Part shown: piece by piece, positions 46,464 to 58,535 of the stretch
How positions within the stretch are numbered: position 1 is the first letter of the stretch
Layout: each line of letters opens with the position of its first letter
Source: Eledone cirrhosa
Lineage: Eukaryota
Length of the DNA: 64,000 nucleotides
Reading direction: 5' to 3'
NCBI GenBank assembly: GCA_964016885.1
Contig: OZ024758.1
Span: 20,708,001 to 20,772,000 of the forward strand
Translations under genes and position numbers: made by a program
The notes under the pieces: generated by a model
Seen by the model: the letters and a program-made list of their open reading frames with translations, nothing else
Told to the model about the DNA's origin: nothing
The model's database searches: none

Positions 46464-46467
<4 letters not shown>
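46303..46467 (+). mobile_element. Family E fold-back element between (TA)n tracts
   Basis: Arms 46341-46396 / 46412-46467. Confidence 0.88.
46397..46434 (+). ncRNA. Minimal type-I hammerhead ribozyme with palindromic stem III
   Basis: CGAG CTGAGGA TCC ACTAA GGT GAAA CAATTG TT CTCG. Confidence 0.72.
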
Positions 46468-46521
<54 letters not shown>

Positions 46522-46531
46522 CGAGAGTGAG

Positions 46532-46573
<42 letters not shown>

Positions 46574-47367
46574 GTGGAGCGTATGTACGTGTGTGTGTTT
46601 GTTTTGTAAGCCTATGTGTATGTTGATAATGTGACTTTGTTCAAGAGAGTTATTTGTTGTATACATTTATAACATGATTTATATATTCTATTGAACATAA
46701 CACATTTCAATAAATGCTTTCTCTCACTTTCTATCCTTTAGAATTTAAACGAATTGTATACCTATACAATTCATCTCTCTTATCCGTAATTAATACGTTT
46801 AATATGAACTGAGTTGTAGAAAACCTTCATTTTATGTCTTAGGTAATGCAAACATATCACTTGGATCCATTTAATGCTTTATATATTCGGCCACTTGATA
46901 TCTGTGATTCTGAAGGTGTAAATATGATTGATATTACGCACAAGCTCCTCGAATGTTATCAAGGTGTTTGCGGAACATTATTGAATTGTCACCAATTATT
47001 CTAAACAGGAAGACGTGACACTGAGAGTATTTGTCATGAAGATACGTTATGACAAATGTTAAATACCCATGTCCCATTATTCGTATTCGGCATATATGTA
47101 AATGTAATTCAACATACCATAACATTCATTAATTGATAAAGGTACGCTACTATATGGAAGTTGACTTGCTGTGAAATTAATTTTTGTTCAGTAATTTGGG
47201 ATTAGTATCCGACTGACAGCGTTGCTACAGTTAAAGGTCTTCATATCTCATTTACGCAGCCCTTTAAATTTACCGAAGATTAATAGCAGAAATATAAATA
47301 TTAAAATCTAAATGTGATAGTGAGTATTACCATTAAATTACACGACGGGAAAAGGTTCATTATTTAC

Positions 47368-47434
47368 TAGATAAAGTAAAGTACCAGTAATGCACTGGAT
47401 AATTGCTGGCCTTGTGCCAAAAGAAGAAACAATT
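47368..47434 (+). mobile_element. SINE 3' fragment
   Basis: GATAAAGTAAAGTACCAGTAATGCACTGGATAATTGCTGGCCTTGTGCC. Confidence 0.8.
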
Positions 47435-47659
47435 AGTTACTAGACATATATTACAGCGTCAGTTAGGGATAATATGTATACAGCGATCTAATCAAATGGT
47501 AAAAGTATTTGGATCAATATATATTTCAAACTTAGGAAAAACAAACATGTGGCCTGATCTTAGTACCAAATATCGAATCAGTTCGAAATACACGTGCATA
47601 CGTATTCCCAATGTTCTTCTTTGATAATGATCGTTAGGAATGTAGATATCCTAGGCCTG

Positions 47660-47800
47660 AAATCCCAGAGGCTTTATGGTTCGTAGAGTCGACCGGGTCC
47701 ACCAAAGCCCTTCATCACTGGTGGTCTCGGTTCAGCCTCTCTGCCTCCTGCAAGGTGAGACTGATGGTCTTGACATATTTCTTAATCACATCCAGCCTTC
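47660..47800 (-). pseudogene. RTE-like LINE C-terminal fragment
   Basis: WLDVIKKYVKTISLTLQEAERLNRDHQ**RALV. Confidence 0.5.
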
Positions 47801-48897
47801 TATGTTTGGTAATGTCAGATAGTTAACATTGCATCAGTATGCAAATGTATCATACCCTTTTTAAAACGTGAATATTTTAAAAGGTTGTTCCTGGTACTGC
47901 GACATACATGCTCTGGGGAGAGTGATCTGCAAATGATATGTTGTTCAGACGGCAAATGTCGTTTCTATCGTCATTCCAAACTGCATACACGTAATGATTT
48001 TGCTTAAAACACCCGTTCTTTTACGGCAATACCAAATGCATATGGACCGCATTTCTCTAAACTGATTTATATCTATTGCCATCTTAAATATGCATTTCCC
48101 ATTCCATAAAAGCTTTGGAGGTCAGTATCTGCAGCGAATAACATAATAGTACTAAATGCAAGAGAACGTATTCTGCCGTTTAAAACCAAGACACATAAAC
48201 ACACTTACTCCATTAAACTCACCTTTAAATTAAATATATATTTCTCTAATCTCTTGTATTAGAATGATTATCATTTAAACACTCACTATAAATTGCAACT
48301 AACATGACCTAAATGTGTCCACTTAATCCGTATTACCTAGTTCCATGGCTATCCTCCAAATAATCCAAAGCTGAAATAGGTCTATCTCTAAGATATTTAA
48401 AGTACAACGCCATCATTACAGCTTCAAATTTCGAAGGGAAATTACAAGAACTGACTGACTGTTATCAAGTAATATAAAGTAATTGAAATATATAAATATG
48501 CCATGAAACACACGATGAAACTGCGGTTTGCTGTACTGTATTTTGGAACGGTTATATTGATTTACGCTTGGAGTATCTATCCTGATGGATTAAATCTAAA
48601 ATATTATGTTTTGCTTGTTGTGTGCTCGTTATTAGTCTTGCAGTCTACGGCAGAAAACCTATCAAATGTATGCCGGGGATTACATTCTGACGAGTTAAGT
48701 AGTAGTAGTACTATGTCGTAAAACAATTCGATCCGACTGATCCTACGCTCATTAATATCTATACACCTTCCAATCTGTCTGCATATCTTAATTCTGTCTT
48801 TAAGGATTTCAGTTATATTAATTGATTCCGTATACCCAAAGAATGTGAGAAACAAAAGTAGAACCAATTATCATGTATTCTGTCAGAATACAGGATA

Positions 48898-49005
48898 ATT
48901 ATTTCTACTTGTGGCACAAGGCCAGCAATATAACCGTACATTACTGGTATTTTATGTTAGTAACGTACTGGGTAATTGCTGTCCTTGTGCCAAAAGTAGA
49001 AACAC
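48898..49005. mobile_element. Two SINE 3' ends in inverted arrangement
   Basis: TTTCTACTTGTGGCACAAGGCCAGCAAT ... ATTGCTGTCCTTGTGCCAAAAGTAGAAA. Confidence 0.75.
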
Positions 49006-49474
49006 TTATAATGTAGTCTGTCAATGTAGACAAGTAACAATATATGATAATGAGAATAACAGATCACTGATGTCTACACGCAAATATCTAAAGAAACCCA
49101 AAGAAAGAAAGGGTAATGTTTTAAAGAGTTTCATTGAGCTAATTTGCGGTATCAAAAGATCTATAAGACCTATCTAAAGTTGGCATAGATATGTAGCATA
49201 ACATTGTTTGTCTTGAGTTATAACGGAAATATTTAATAGGAGATATGCTGGTACCCATATATGTGCTAGTGTTGGAATTAAAACCTTCCAGTTTTCAATC
49301 ATTCTTTCTTATCATGTCCACAAGTGTGTCAGCTACAAATCTTGGATATATATGTGGGTCCGCCACTGTTGAACGCATTGCTGTCCTTTCTCATTAAACT
49401 CTGTCAAGTCCAATGCTGTTCAGAGCTGTTACATCAGAGTACTGTTTATAGCAACTTAGCCTTGTTTGTGGTGG

Positions 49475-49695
49475 ATGCAGCTATCCTGGGAAATATTCCT
49501 GGAAAATATTAAAAAGCTGACTCTGTTGATGTTTTTTTGAGAATCTACTGGTTCTGCATATACCATAACTCTTGAATTATCTAGTAATCCCAGTATCCAT
49601 CTCCACTAAATGACACAATATATTTCTATTCATCTTCTTCTTATCGTGTCCACAAAAGTGTCAGTCACAAGCTTGACTAGATGTGATTCCAGCAG
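49475..49695 (-). repeat. Diverged inverted paralog of 6298-6530
   Basis: GTGGACACGAT.AGAA.AGATGAATAGAAATAT, GGGATTACTAGATAATTCAAGAGTTATGGTATAT and GAATATTTCCCAGGA.AGCTGC are shared. Confidence 0.8.
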
Positions 49696-50220
49696 GGGGC
49701 ATAAAAAGAGGCGGCTTTCAGTAATCAGCATGTATTAATTCAAATTATATGTTCCATTCTTTGAAACTAACGATATTCAAATGGTTATACGTTTGCTATA
49801 CTTAAAATATGTATCATGAAATCTATAAAAATATTTATGCTGCCACATTCGTGTAGATGACATGTTTGGAAACCATATACATTTACCTCGCTCACTTTTG
49901 AAAATCGTAGTTGGAATAATATATATTCTAATGTGTTGATATCAAATGAAATATATAACTTGCTGTAAATGGAATATAGGAAGATTAAATTTATGGAATA
50001 TATCTGCTGCACCATTACAATTATTGCTTAAGAAATATATTACTTAAGAAATATACATATAATGTTTTAAACCGTCCCACCTCAGGAGCATAAGAAAATT
50101 ATTCTCAATAAAATCCCCATCAACAATAAGGTTATTGCAATATTTCTAGTGGCGTAAAGTTTATATATATATAGATATATATATATAAATATATATATAC
50201 ACGCACACACATATATATAC

Positions 50221-50343
<123 letters not shown>

Positions 50344-50382
50344 TATATATACATATATACATATACATATATATATATATAT

Positions 50383-50475
50383 GCTCTAGGGTCTTATATA
50401 TTTGATATATATTTATCCTAATCGAACCCTCTTTGGATTTTAGTCTGCAAATGTATTATTGTTACTATAATTACT
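50383..50475 (+). mobile_element. Family B distal fragment between TA runs
   Basis: TATTTGATATATTTATCCTAATCGAACCCTCTTTGGATTTTAGTC matches 54900-54960. Confidence 0.7.
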
Positions 50476-51210
50476 ATATATATATATATGTATATATATA
50501 TATGGGGGGGGTATGCGTGGGTGGGCGTGTGTGTGTGCGTGTGTGTGTGTGTGTACCTATCTCTGTATATGTACGGTAGTCAATATGATGTTACATATAT
50601 TGCAATCGACTTAACAGCATAAAACCTACTCGACCAATGTTTCCTTGCAATTTACATTACGCTGCCCATTTTAACAGTTTTTTGTATTATTCTTTTGATA
50701 TTTAATACTAAAAGAAATACTTCTTTCATTTTGTATTCACAAAACATTTTACATGATAGCTTTTTTATTCTTTCTTTGTATCATAAGCAATATCAGTCTG
50801 CTTTTATTTTCTGTGTCTATGTGTGTGTGGGGATGTGGTTATACCTTTTGAAAATATTTTATTGAATCATTTATTCGTTAGAGAAATGCATTTATACATC
50901 AATCCTTCATTATTTTTTTCCTATAGAATATTCATTGAATACCGTATAATGAAAGCCATTTATATTTCAACCCAAAACACAATGCTGAAATATCTTCCTT
51001 TATCTACGATCTACGTATAACAATTATTTTCTAATGTTCTATAAAGATGCCGAATTTTTTCCAATACGTTATTATTTCCTGAATGAAATAAATATTTCTA
51101 ATTGTATGCGTATCCATTTCAATACATAAACATTTACATTTCCAAACACATATTTACAAATGTATAAAATATCAAACACGTATATATCAATATAGGTATG
51201 AAAGTAATTA

Positions 51211-51243
<33 letters not shown>

Positions 51244-51244
51244 G

Positions 51245-51286
<42 letters not shown>

Positions 51287-51332
51287 CCTCTCTCTATCTA
51301 TCTCTCACTCACTCTCTCCCTCTCTCTATATA

Positions 51333-51363
<31 letters not shown>

Positions 51364-51454
51364 CTCTCTCTATCTCTCGACACACTCGAATGCACAGAAC
51401 AATGCTGATTATACATTAAAACAAGCACATATATATCGAGAGAGAGGAAGAGAG

Positions 51455-51489
<35 letters not shown>

Positions 51490-51959
51490 AAAATTAAACA
51501 ATGTTCAATGAATATATCAAAGAATGAGGTTTACCATAGATTGGAAGCACTCAACAGTTATGGTTTTCCAGAGTTATTAATATTAATTCAAAATATTAAC
51601 AAAATAGATATTCTTGTGATCAAGTATATTTTATTATACATATGTCAGAGCTACTGAGTTAAGTTCAACAGTACGTCCTCATTAGATAAAATAAGATGAT
51701 GCATGACATACCCTGACATAGTAACGTGTTAAGATTCAGTCATGGTAGTGAGTAATATATGACAAAACTCAATATGTATATACCTTAATATTCAGAACAC
51801 GGGAAAAATATATAATACATACAATAGAGAGGGTGCGTGTGAAACAGCTTAAAACATACATGGCATCAATATAACTGTTCAAAATATTTAAATTGCTGAA
51901 GAAAGAGGAAAGACAGGAAAGCATAGAGGAAGAAACAGCTGATGGGATAATATAGTTAG

Positions 51960-52712
51960 TGGCGAAACAGATCTCTTTGGATTTGTACGTGTGTTATATA
52001 GTTATAGAGGTATTTATTTACGCTTTAATTTATATTTTTAATTATCGTGTCTATAGTCTGCCTTTCATAGTTTATATATTCCATACACTGGTGGTTTTTT
52101 TTTCCTTGTTTTATTGATAGTGCACTGTATATCTCTTTCTAGTGTGTTACCTTTTCAACATATTGTATTTTAAAGAGCTCAGAATTTCTTCTCCATTGAG
52201 CACATTATTTACAGGCAATGGCGAGGGTCTATGGTTCCGTTAATCTATCGTGATATTTCGCTGCTTATAACAGTCTTTCCTATCTCTCTGTTTGGTTGAG
52301 CACCCTTCTCTTAGTGGTTTTGGGCTGCCCTTTCTAGCAGCTCGTCCCTCAGAGGCCACTGATTCACTGCCCTTAAACACGCTGTGACTTCTCTCTCCCA
52401 CGTGTAGCTGGACGGTCACATTTAAAATTATCTTAGTGTTGTCTGAAATGTATAGCCTTACACACGCTGAGGAAACGGGGTTATTCCATTTCTGCCAACA
52501 ACTTACTGGCGAAACAGATCTCTTTGAATGTGTACGTGTGTTATATAGTTATAGAGGTATTTATTTACGCTTTAATTTATATTTTTAATTATCGTGTCTA
52601 TAGTCTGCCTTTCATAGGTTATAGATTCCATACACTGGTGTTTTTTTCCTTGTTTTATTGAAAGCGCACTGTATATCTCTCTCTAGTGTGTTACCTTTTC
52701 AAACATATTGTA
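51960..52712 (+). mobile_element. Non-coding unit with ~205-bp direct terminal repeats ending at (TA)n
   Basis: TGGCGAAACAGATCTCTTTG...AACATATTGTA at 51960-52167 and 52507-52712. Confidence 0.8.
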
Positions 52713-53370
52713 TATATATATATAGTGAAAGGAATGGCACTTGTTTTCTGTTGAATTTTTCTTCACTCTGATTCTAATCTAAACCTTCCTTTATGTCATT
52801 GATATCATTGCATCGCTACATATCATCACGTATTACCATCTTCTTGTATGGACTGTATGCGTGTAATTCAGGACTTCAAAGATGTACTGAATGACGAATC
52901 TAAAAACATTTCAAGTATGTTGTATCTTACGTTACAAAAGCAGAAGAAGAAATCAAGAAAATACACAGAAATCTTTAGCTGAGTATACGAATAGCATTTA
53001 ATTGGGAAAATATTAAAATGCCGCAAACAAATATGCATATATAATTAATTATTATTTTGACCTTAACAATGAAGTGTGTTACAAAATATTCTGTTATTAA
53101 TTACTCATAATAATTTGTTTCACTTTATGAACAATTTTATTTTCAAATAACATATTTATGGAAAAGAAACAATATTGTAAAAAAATCATAAATTTCTATT
53201 ACATCTCCACAATCGTTTTAATTAAATGTATTTAAATAACACTTTCTTAAGAAAATATATAATTGGAAAATTATATAATTACCACTGTTGTATTTTTTAT
53301 TCTGCTTTTTGTTGAATACGAATAATGTTCACACACAGACAAAACACACACGAGCACACACTAATTATAT

Positions 53371-53476
53371 ATCCCGTCGAAGTTAACTTTGCCTTTCATC
53401 CTTACGGGGTTCGACAAAATAAAGTACCAGTTATACACTGGAGTACTTGCTGGCCTTGTGCCAAAAGTAGAAACAT
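53371..53476 (+). mobile_element. 5'-truncated SINE
   Basis: Core and tail motifs. Confidence 0.85.
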
Positions 53477-53637
53477 TTATATATATATATATAATATTAT
53501 ATTTAGAGTTTAAACTCAAAGTCATTTACAATTAATCAGCTCAAAGAAAGAAGCATTTCCGAGCATTAACTTGTATATACATTAACTTGTATATATATAG
53601 TAATAATAATATTAATAATAATAATAATAATAATAAT

Positions 53638-54460
53638 CCCTGCATAGTACCTTCTTTGAGAAAACTGAATTCAGAGATCCACAGACGTGGAACTGGTTGA
53701 AAAGATGAGACATTAAAAAGGCTACAGAAGGAATGTTAATGGCTGCGCATGAGCAGGCCCTCAAAACGAAGTGGTTGAAACACTATATTTACAAGGGGGA
53801 GGCTAGCCCACTGTGCAGGATCTGTGGAGAGAGAGAGGAGACTGTGGCTCACATTGTATCCGAGTGTACACACCTGGCCCAGACTCACTATAGGGCTGGA
53901 GACATGATGTGATGGGCAGGGTGATCCACTGGCACCTATGCAAAGTAAACAATTTACCACATTGTGAGAAGTGGTATGAGCATAAGCCAGAGTCGGTGAT
54001 AGAGAACGATCAGGTGAAGGTGCTGTGGAATTTTAGGATACAGACGGACAAGAAACTAGAAGACAATAGACCTGACCTGGTGGTTTTGGACAAAGAAAAA
54101 AGATCATGCCTGATTGTGGATGTGGCCTGCCCATTCGACACGAGAGTGCAAGAGAAGGAGAGGGAGAAAATTAACCGATACCAGGACTTAAAGTGGGAGA
54201 TAAAAAGGATTTGGAACTGCCATGAAGTCAAAGTGGTCCTGATTGTCATAGGCGCACTAGGTACTATCTCAAAATATTTCCGGGGATGGTTAAAGAAAAT
54301 TGGCCCCGCGCTTCAAAAGACATGCTTGCTGGGAACAGCAAGAACCCTCCGATACGTCCTGAATATCTGAGGCTGCAGGTAGTGGCTTGATATTCATTTC
54401 AACAAACTTTCCAGTTAACTAACATCAATGACTGAGACTCAAAGAACAATAATAACAATA
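53638..54460 (+). mobile_element. 5'-truncated R4/Dong-clade LINE (zinc knuckle + restriction-like endonuclease) in (TAA)n
   Basis: ATEGMLMAAHEQAL; CRICGEREETVAHIVSEC; RHD; NRPDLVV..DVACPFD..EKINRY; GALG; LQKTCLLGTARTLR* (54370); frameshifts near 53700 and 53897; TAA repeats on both sides. Confidence 0.9.
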
Positions 54461-54461
54461 A

Positions 54462-54610
54462 TTGTTTCTACTTTAGGCACAAGGCCAGTAAATACCCAGT
54501 GCATTACTGGTACTATATTTTATCGACCTCGTAAGGATGAAACGCAAAGTTAACCTCGGCGGGATTTGAACTCAGATCGCAAAGGGACGTAACTATGCAG
54601 TAAAGCATGA
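54462..54610 (-). mobile_element. 5'-truncated SINE, tail-to-tail with the Dong-like LINE
   Basis: Reverse complement of consensus. Confidence 0.88.
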
Positions 54611-54640
54611 TAATAATAATAAGAAGAAGAAGAATAATAA

Positions 54641-54967
54641 TAATAATAATAAATTTGAAGACTAAAATCCAAAGAGGGCTCGATACGGATAAATATATAT
54701 CAAATATATAAGAACCGTAGAACAAATATCTATTAAAATAACAGATTTAAGTTTAAGCAAAGAATCGCTGCTTTCACCCTTAACAGGATCTTCTGAAACT
54801 AACCATTAGTTTCAGAAAATCCCGTTAAGGGTGAAAGCAGCGATTCTTTTCTTAAATTTTCATCTGTTATTTTATGAAATATTTGTCCTACGGTTCATAT
54901 ATATTTGATATATATTTATCCTTATCGAACCCTCTTTGGATTATAGTCTTCAAATTTATTATTATTA
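54641..54967. mobile_element. Family B fold-back element (~160-bp arms)
   Basis: Apex CTGAAACTAA CCA TTAGTTTCAG at ~54803-54805; ends at (TA)n. Confidence 0.92.
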
Positions 54968-55156
54968 CTATATATATATATATATATATATAATATATTT
55001 AGAAACACACAGATACATGCGGACACACACATATATACATGAATGCATCCGCACCCAACTGTGAGTTAAGGGTGCCAACTTCACCGATGTTGCTCAATGA
55101 ATGACCGGGACAGACCAATTCAGTTGAACTAGACTGAACCAGTATCAGAGTTAAAA

Positions 55157-55742
55157 ATACATTATGAAGAGAGAAGAAACATTCAGATATAATTAGTAAT
55201 AAAATGTATCATACCTAAACTGCTCCTAAATTCCTCGACTACGTAGTTTCGTGGCATAAACAAAAACAATATATCATAAAGACATAGAGTCCCTGCGAGG
55301 TCTGCCGACTTATCAAGAGGATACCTCATTTTACTAGTCTCAAGAACGCGTCTACACGACGTGAGAAAGAATCCCAAAAGGCGGAGGGGGAGATAGTCAC
55401 GCGATATAACGGTCGAGAAACAGAGCTAAGCCTCTTATAACCACGAAGAAAATACCACGGAGGCGGAGGGGGTATTCATATCGAGGCCGTTATATCGCGT
55501 GACTATCTCCCCCTCCGCCTTTTGGGATTCTTTCTCACGTCGTGTAGACGCGTTCTTGAGACTAGTAAAATGAGGTATCCTCTTGATAAGTCGGCAGACC
55601 TCGCAGGGACTCTATGTCTTTATGATATATTGTTTTTGTTTATGCCACGAAACTACGTAGTCGAGGAATTTAGGAGCAGTTTAGGTATGATACATTTTAT
55701 TACTAATTATATCTGAATGTTTCTTCTCTCTTCATAATGTAT
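55157..55742. mobile_element. Family H fold-back element (~255-bp arms, ~75-bp spacer)
   Basis: 55157-55412 is the reverse complement of 55487-55742 (identical 64-aa ORFs on opposite strands in the track); ends at (TA)n. Confidence 0.95.
55578..55667 (+). ncRNA. Type-I hammerhead with U3-A8 variant core (mirror on minus at 55232-55321)
   Basis: TCCTC TTGATAA GTcGGCA...TGCCAC GAAA CTACGTAG TC GAGGA. Confidence 0.7.
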
Positions 55743-55765
55743 TATATATATATATATATATATAT

Positions 55766-56078
55766 GAATAAAGTGGCCGTTCATCAGTGATCTTCCAACC
55801 ATCATCGGTATTTCTTCGCTTTAAAGACCATATACCTCCGGTTGGTGCGAGCAACGGCTAAAGAAAGTCGTTAGGACACGTAAATAAAGGGAACAGCGAG
55901 AGTGTAAACAAACAAAGATGGTGAAGCAACGAAAAGCGAGGAAGAGCGAATCAAGTCCAAAGATTTCCATGAATATAAGTTCGGTGAAATCGTGAACGAG
56001 AGACAATAAAGACCATCAAAGCTGGTTGAAATGTGAGCAAGGAAGGAATTTCGCACAGGTCTAACGGGAGGAAGAATA
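55766..56078. mobile_element. (TA)n-embedded repeat fragment, left end homologous to 2195-2245
   Basis: Bounded by TA runs; shared 45-bp segment. Confidence 0.5.
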
Positions 56079-56089
56079 TATATATATAT

Positions 56090-56256
56090 AAGTAGTTCCA
56101 CAACAGTTAGTTCACCATACTGAGATCGGATGCTTCACCTTATGGGACCTTCAGCGCAGTTTGCATGAACTAATTGCTGTGGAACTACTTCTGTTAAACT
56201 CGTCTCATGGACTGAGAGCTCTACTACTACGGACATACCCACAAGTGTTCTACTAT
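56090..56256 (-). mobile_element. Family E diverged fold-back copy
   Basis: AAGTAGTTCCACAACAGTTAGTTCA / TGAACTAATTGCTGTGGAACTACTT; eroded core CTGAAGG TCC CATAA GGT GAAG on minus. Confidence 0.75.
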
Positions 56257-56469
56257 TATATATATAGAGAGAGAGAGAGAAAAAAAAGATGACATCGAAA
56301 ATGCAACGGGAGTCTTATATTAAAAAAAAGTATATATATATATTTGGTTCCTTTACCGGTTTGGCAGTTCTTCTGCTTTACAAAAGTAAAGTTGAGATGG
56401 AGGGTCTGTGGTTTTTCGGGTGGGGTTGGTGGGGGGGGGGGGGGGGCACGGGTTTTTTTTTCATATATG

Positions 56470-57042
56470 AGTGTTTGAATTTCTTTTTACTTAAAAAAGG
56501 GGCTCACGAAGGCTTTTTTTTAATAAACGTAATTTGATTAGTTATAAATGAAATTATGGCTGTCACGTAAACAAGTTTTCATTAAATTTTCGCGCCCCTA
56601 TTTGGATATCTATTCTATAGTCTTTTTAGAGAATTTTATGACAAGCAAAGATAATGGTCAAGAGAAATTGGATGGGAGAATTGTTCTGGTTCAGTGAATA
56701 TGCTTAGTTCGCTGGGGTGTCAGAATTCAGATTTTCTATTGAATAAAGAAAGTAAAGATATGTATGTTTATTTGTGTGCTTGTGTCTGTGTGTTGTGTGT
56801 GTGTGTTTGAATTTATTTTTACTTAAAAGAAGGGGGCTCACCAAGGCTTTTTTTTAATAAACGTAATTTGATTGGTTATAAATGAAATGATGGCTGTCAC
56901 GTGAACAAGTTTTCATTAAATGTTCGCGCCCTTATTTGGAAATCTATTGTGTAGCTTTTTAAAAGGATTTTATGTCATAAAATTCTCTAAAAAGGCTACA
57001 GAATAGATTTCCAAATAAGGGCGCTAAAATTTAATGAAAACT
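56470..57042. repeat. ~170-bp direct repeat pair plus inverted partial third copy
   Basis: 56470-56643 and 56803-56974; 56976-57042 folds back on 56906-56974. Confidence 0.8.
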
Positions 57043-58374
57043 AATTAGAATCTATTCTGTAACTTATATCGATCAGTCATTCGTCAAAGCTATTTCCTTA
57101 TTTATTACTAAACAATATACGAGACAACCTTTTTTTGTATATTTGTTACATTCTTATACAAAATACATATATTTGGAAATGTATTTTACTGTATTCAGTA
57201 ACTATTTCCTGCAAAATTTGACATATTTATTTACTGCTATGTTTAAAATTGCTTTCATCGCGCACCCACTCTTTCCCTCTGTTTCTATATCTCTCCAAAT
57301 ATTCTATTTTCCTTTAGTCTATCACTAGTCTCTCTCTCACTCCCTCCATATTTACTTTCTCCACTTTTTAACATTTTCTTCTTTGATTTATTGCTTTAAA
57401 ATAAAGAAAGTATCTTTAATACACTCATCTCGTTATTTTCATCTTTTATTCCTAACATTAAAATGATTATTTATTACTGAACGTTACAGAAGTTTGTTAA
57501 TATTTTAGCGTCTTAAATAATGTTACGTTCCTTTCCGAATTTTATGATAGCTTTCGTGACGAAATCATATATATAACGGCTATTTTCTATCTTGTCGTCA
57601 GGATGATTGTCTTATTTATAATATACAATAGAATTTCGTGTGGTTGAACAACATGATTTATCATAAATCGAAGTATATGAATTACCAACAATTTAATATT
57701 ACTTACAGTCATTCAACATTAGACAGTTCTGTGCTCATATAATCCTTGTCTACCGATATATGGCACATTAAATATTGACAAAAGGATGTATGGGAATATA
57801 TGTGATCTCATGTATATATGTATATGTAAATGTGGGAAACAAAATTGAAGCGAGATAATTCAAGAAACACTCACACGTGTATATTGTACAAATCAAGGAA
57901 TTTCTATATGTATATGAAATGAATGAGACTTGAATGTAAGCAGGTTAAAATAAACGATAAATATATTTTTTGTTTAGCAGTGTTGCTCAAAGAAGAAGTT
58001 GAAAGTTTAATATCCAATGTACCGTACACTATAACCAAATTTGTTACAACTCTGAATATGTATATAGAAATGCACAGTCACAGAGCCACACACATATACG
58101 CACACTCACACACATATCTACGGTATTTATATACCTTGACACATTCCGTGACACGATGCCTTCAGATGGCCTATTAGGAAATATATGTTGTTATGTATGT
58201 ATACATGTATGCATGATCTGAGCGAGACGTAAAGGCGGGATGTTGCGATACCGTATGTTTAGTACAATCTTAAACCTGACGGAGCCAGTCTACTCTCCAG
58301 GTCTAAATACTGTAGATTTCTTTCCAGAGAAACGTTAGAGAGTGAGATAATGGAAGAGAGTGAATGATATAGAG

Positions 58375-58535
58375 GACGAGTCGACCCCAGTACAAGAATG
58401 GAACATTTTTATCGACCTCAAATGAGTGTAAGGCGAAGTGACCTGGGCGGGATTTGTCTCAGAGATCTCAGAGCAGAAATGAATACCACAAGGCATATTA
58501 TCCAATGTTCTAACGACTCTGCTAATTCGCCACTT
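58375..58535 (-). mobile_element. Old diverged SINE
   Basis: TTTTATCGACCTC, GGCGGGATTTG, CTGCTAATTCGCC. Confidence 0.65.

Noticed and set aside
55183-55716. Two identical 64-aa ORFs on opposite strands
   Set aside because: A consequence of the palindrome; TTG start and no protein motif.
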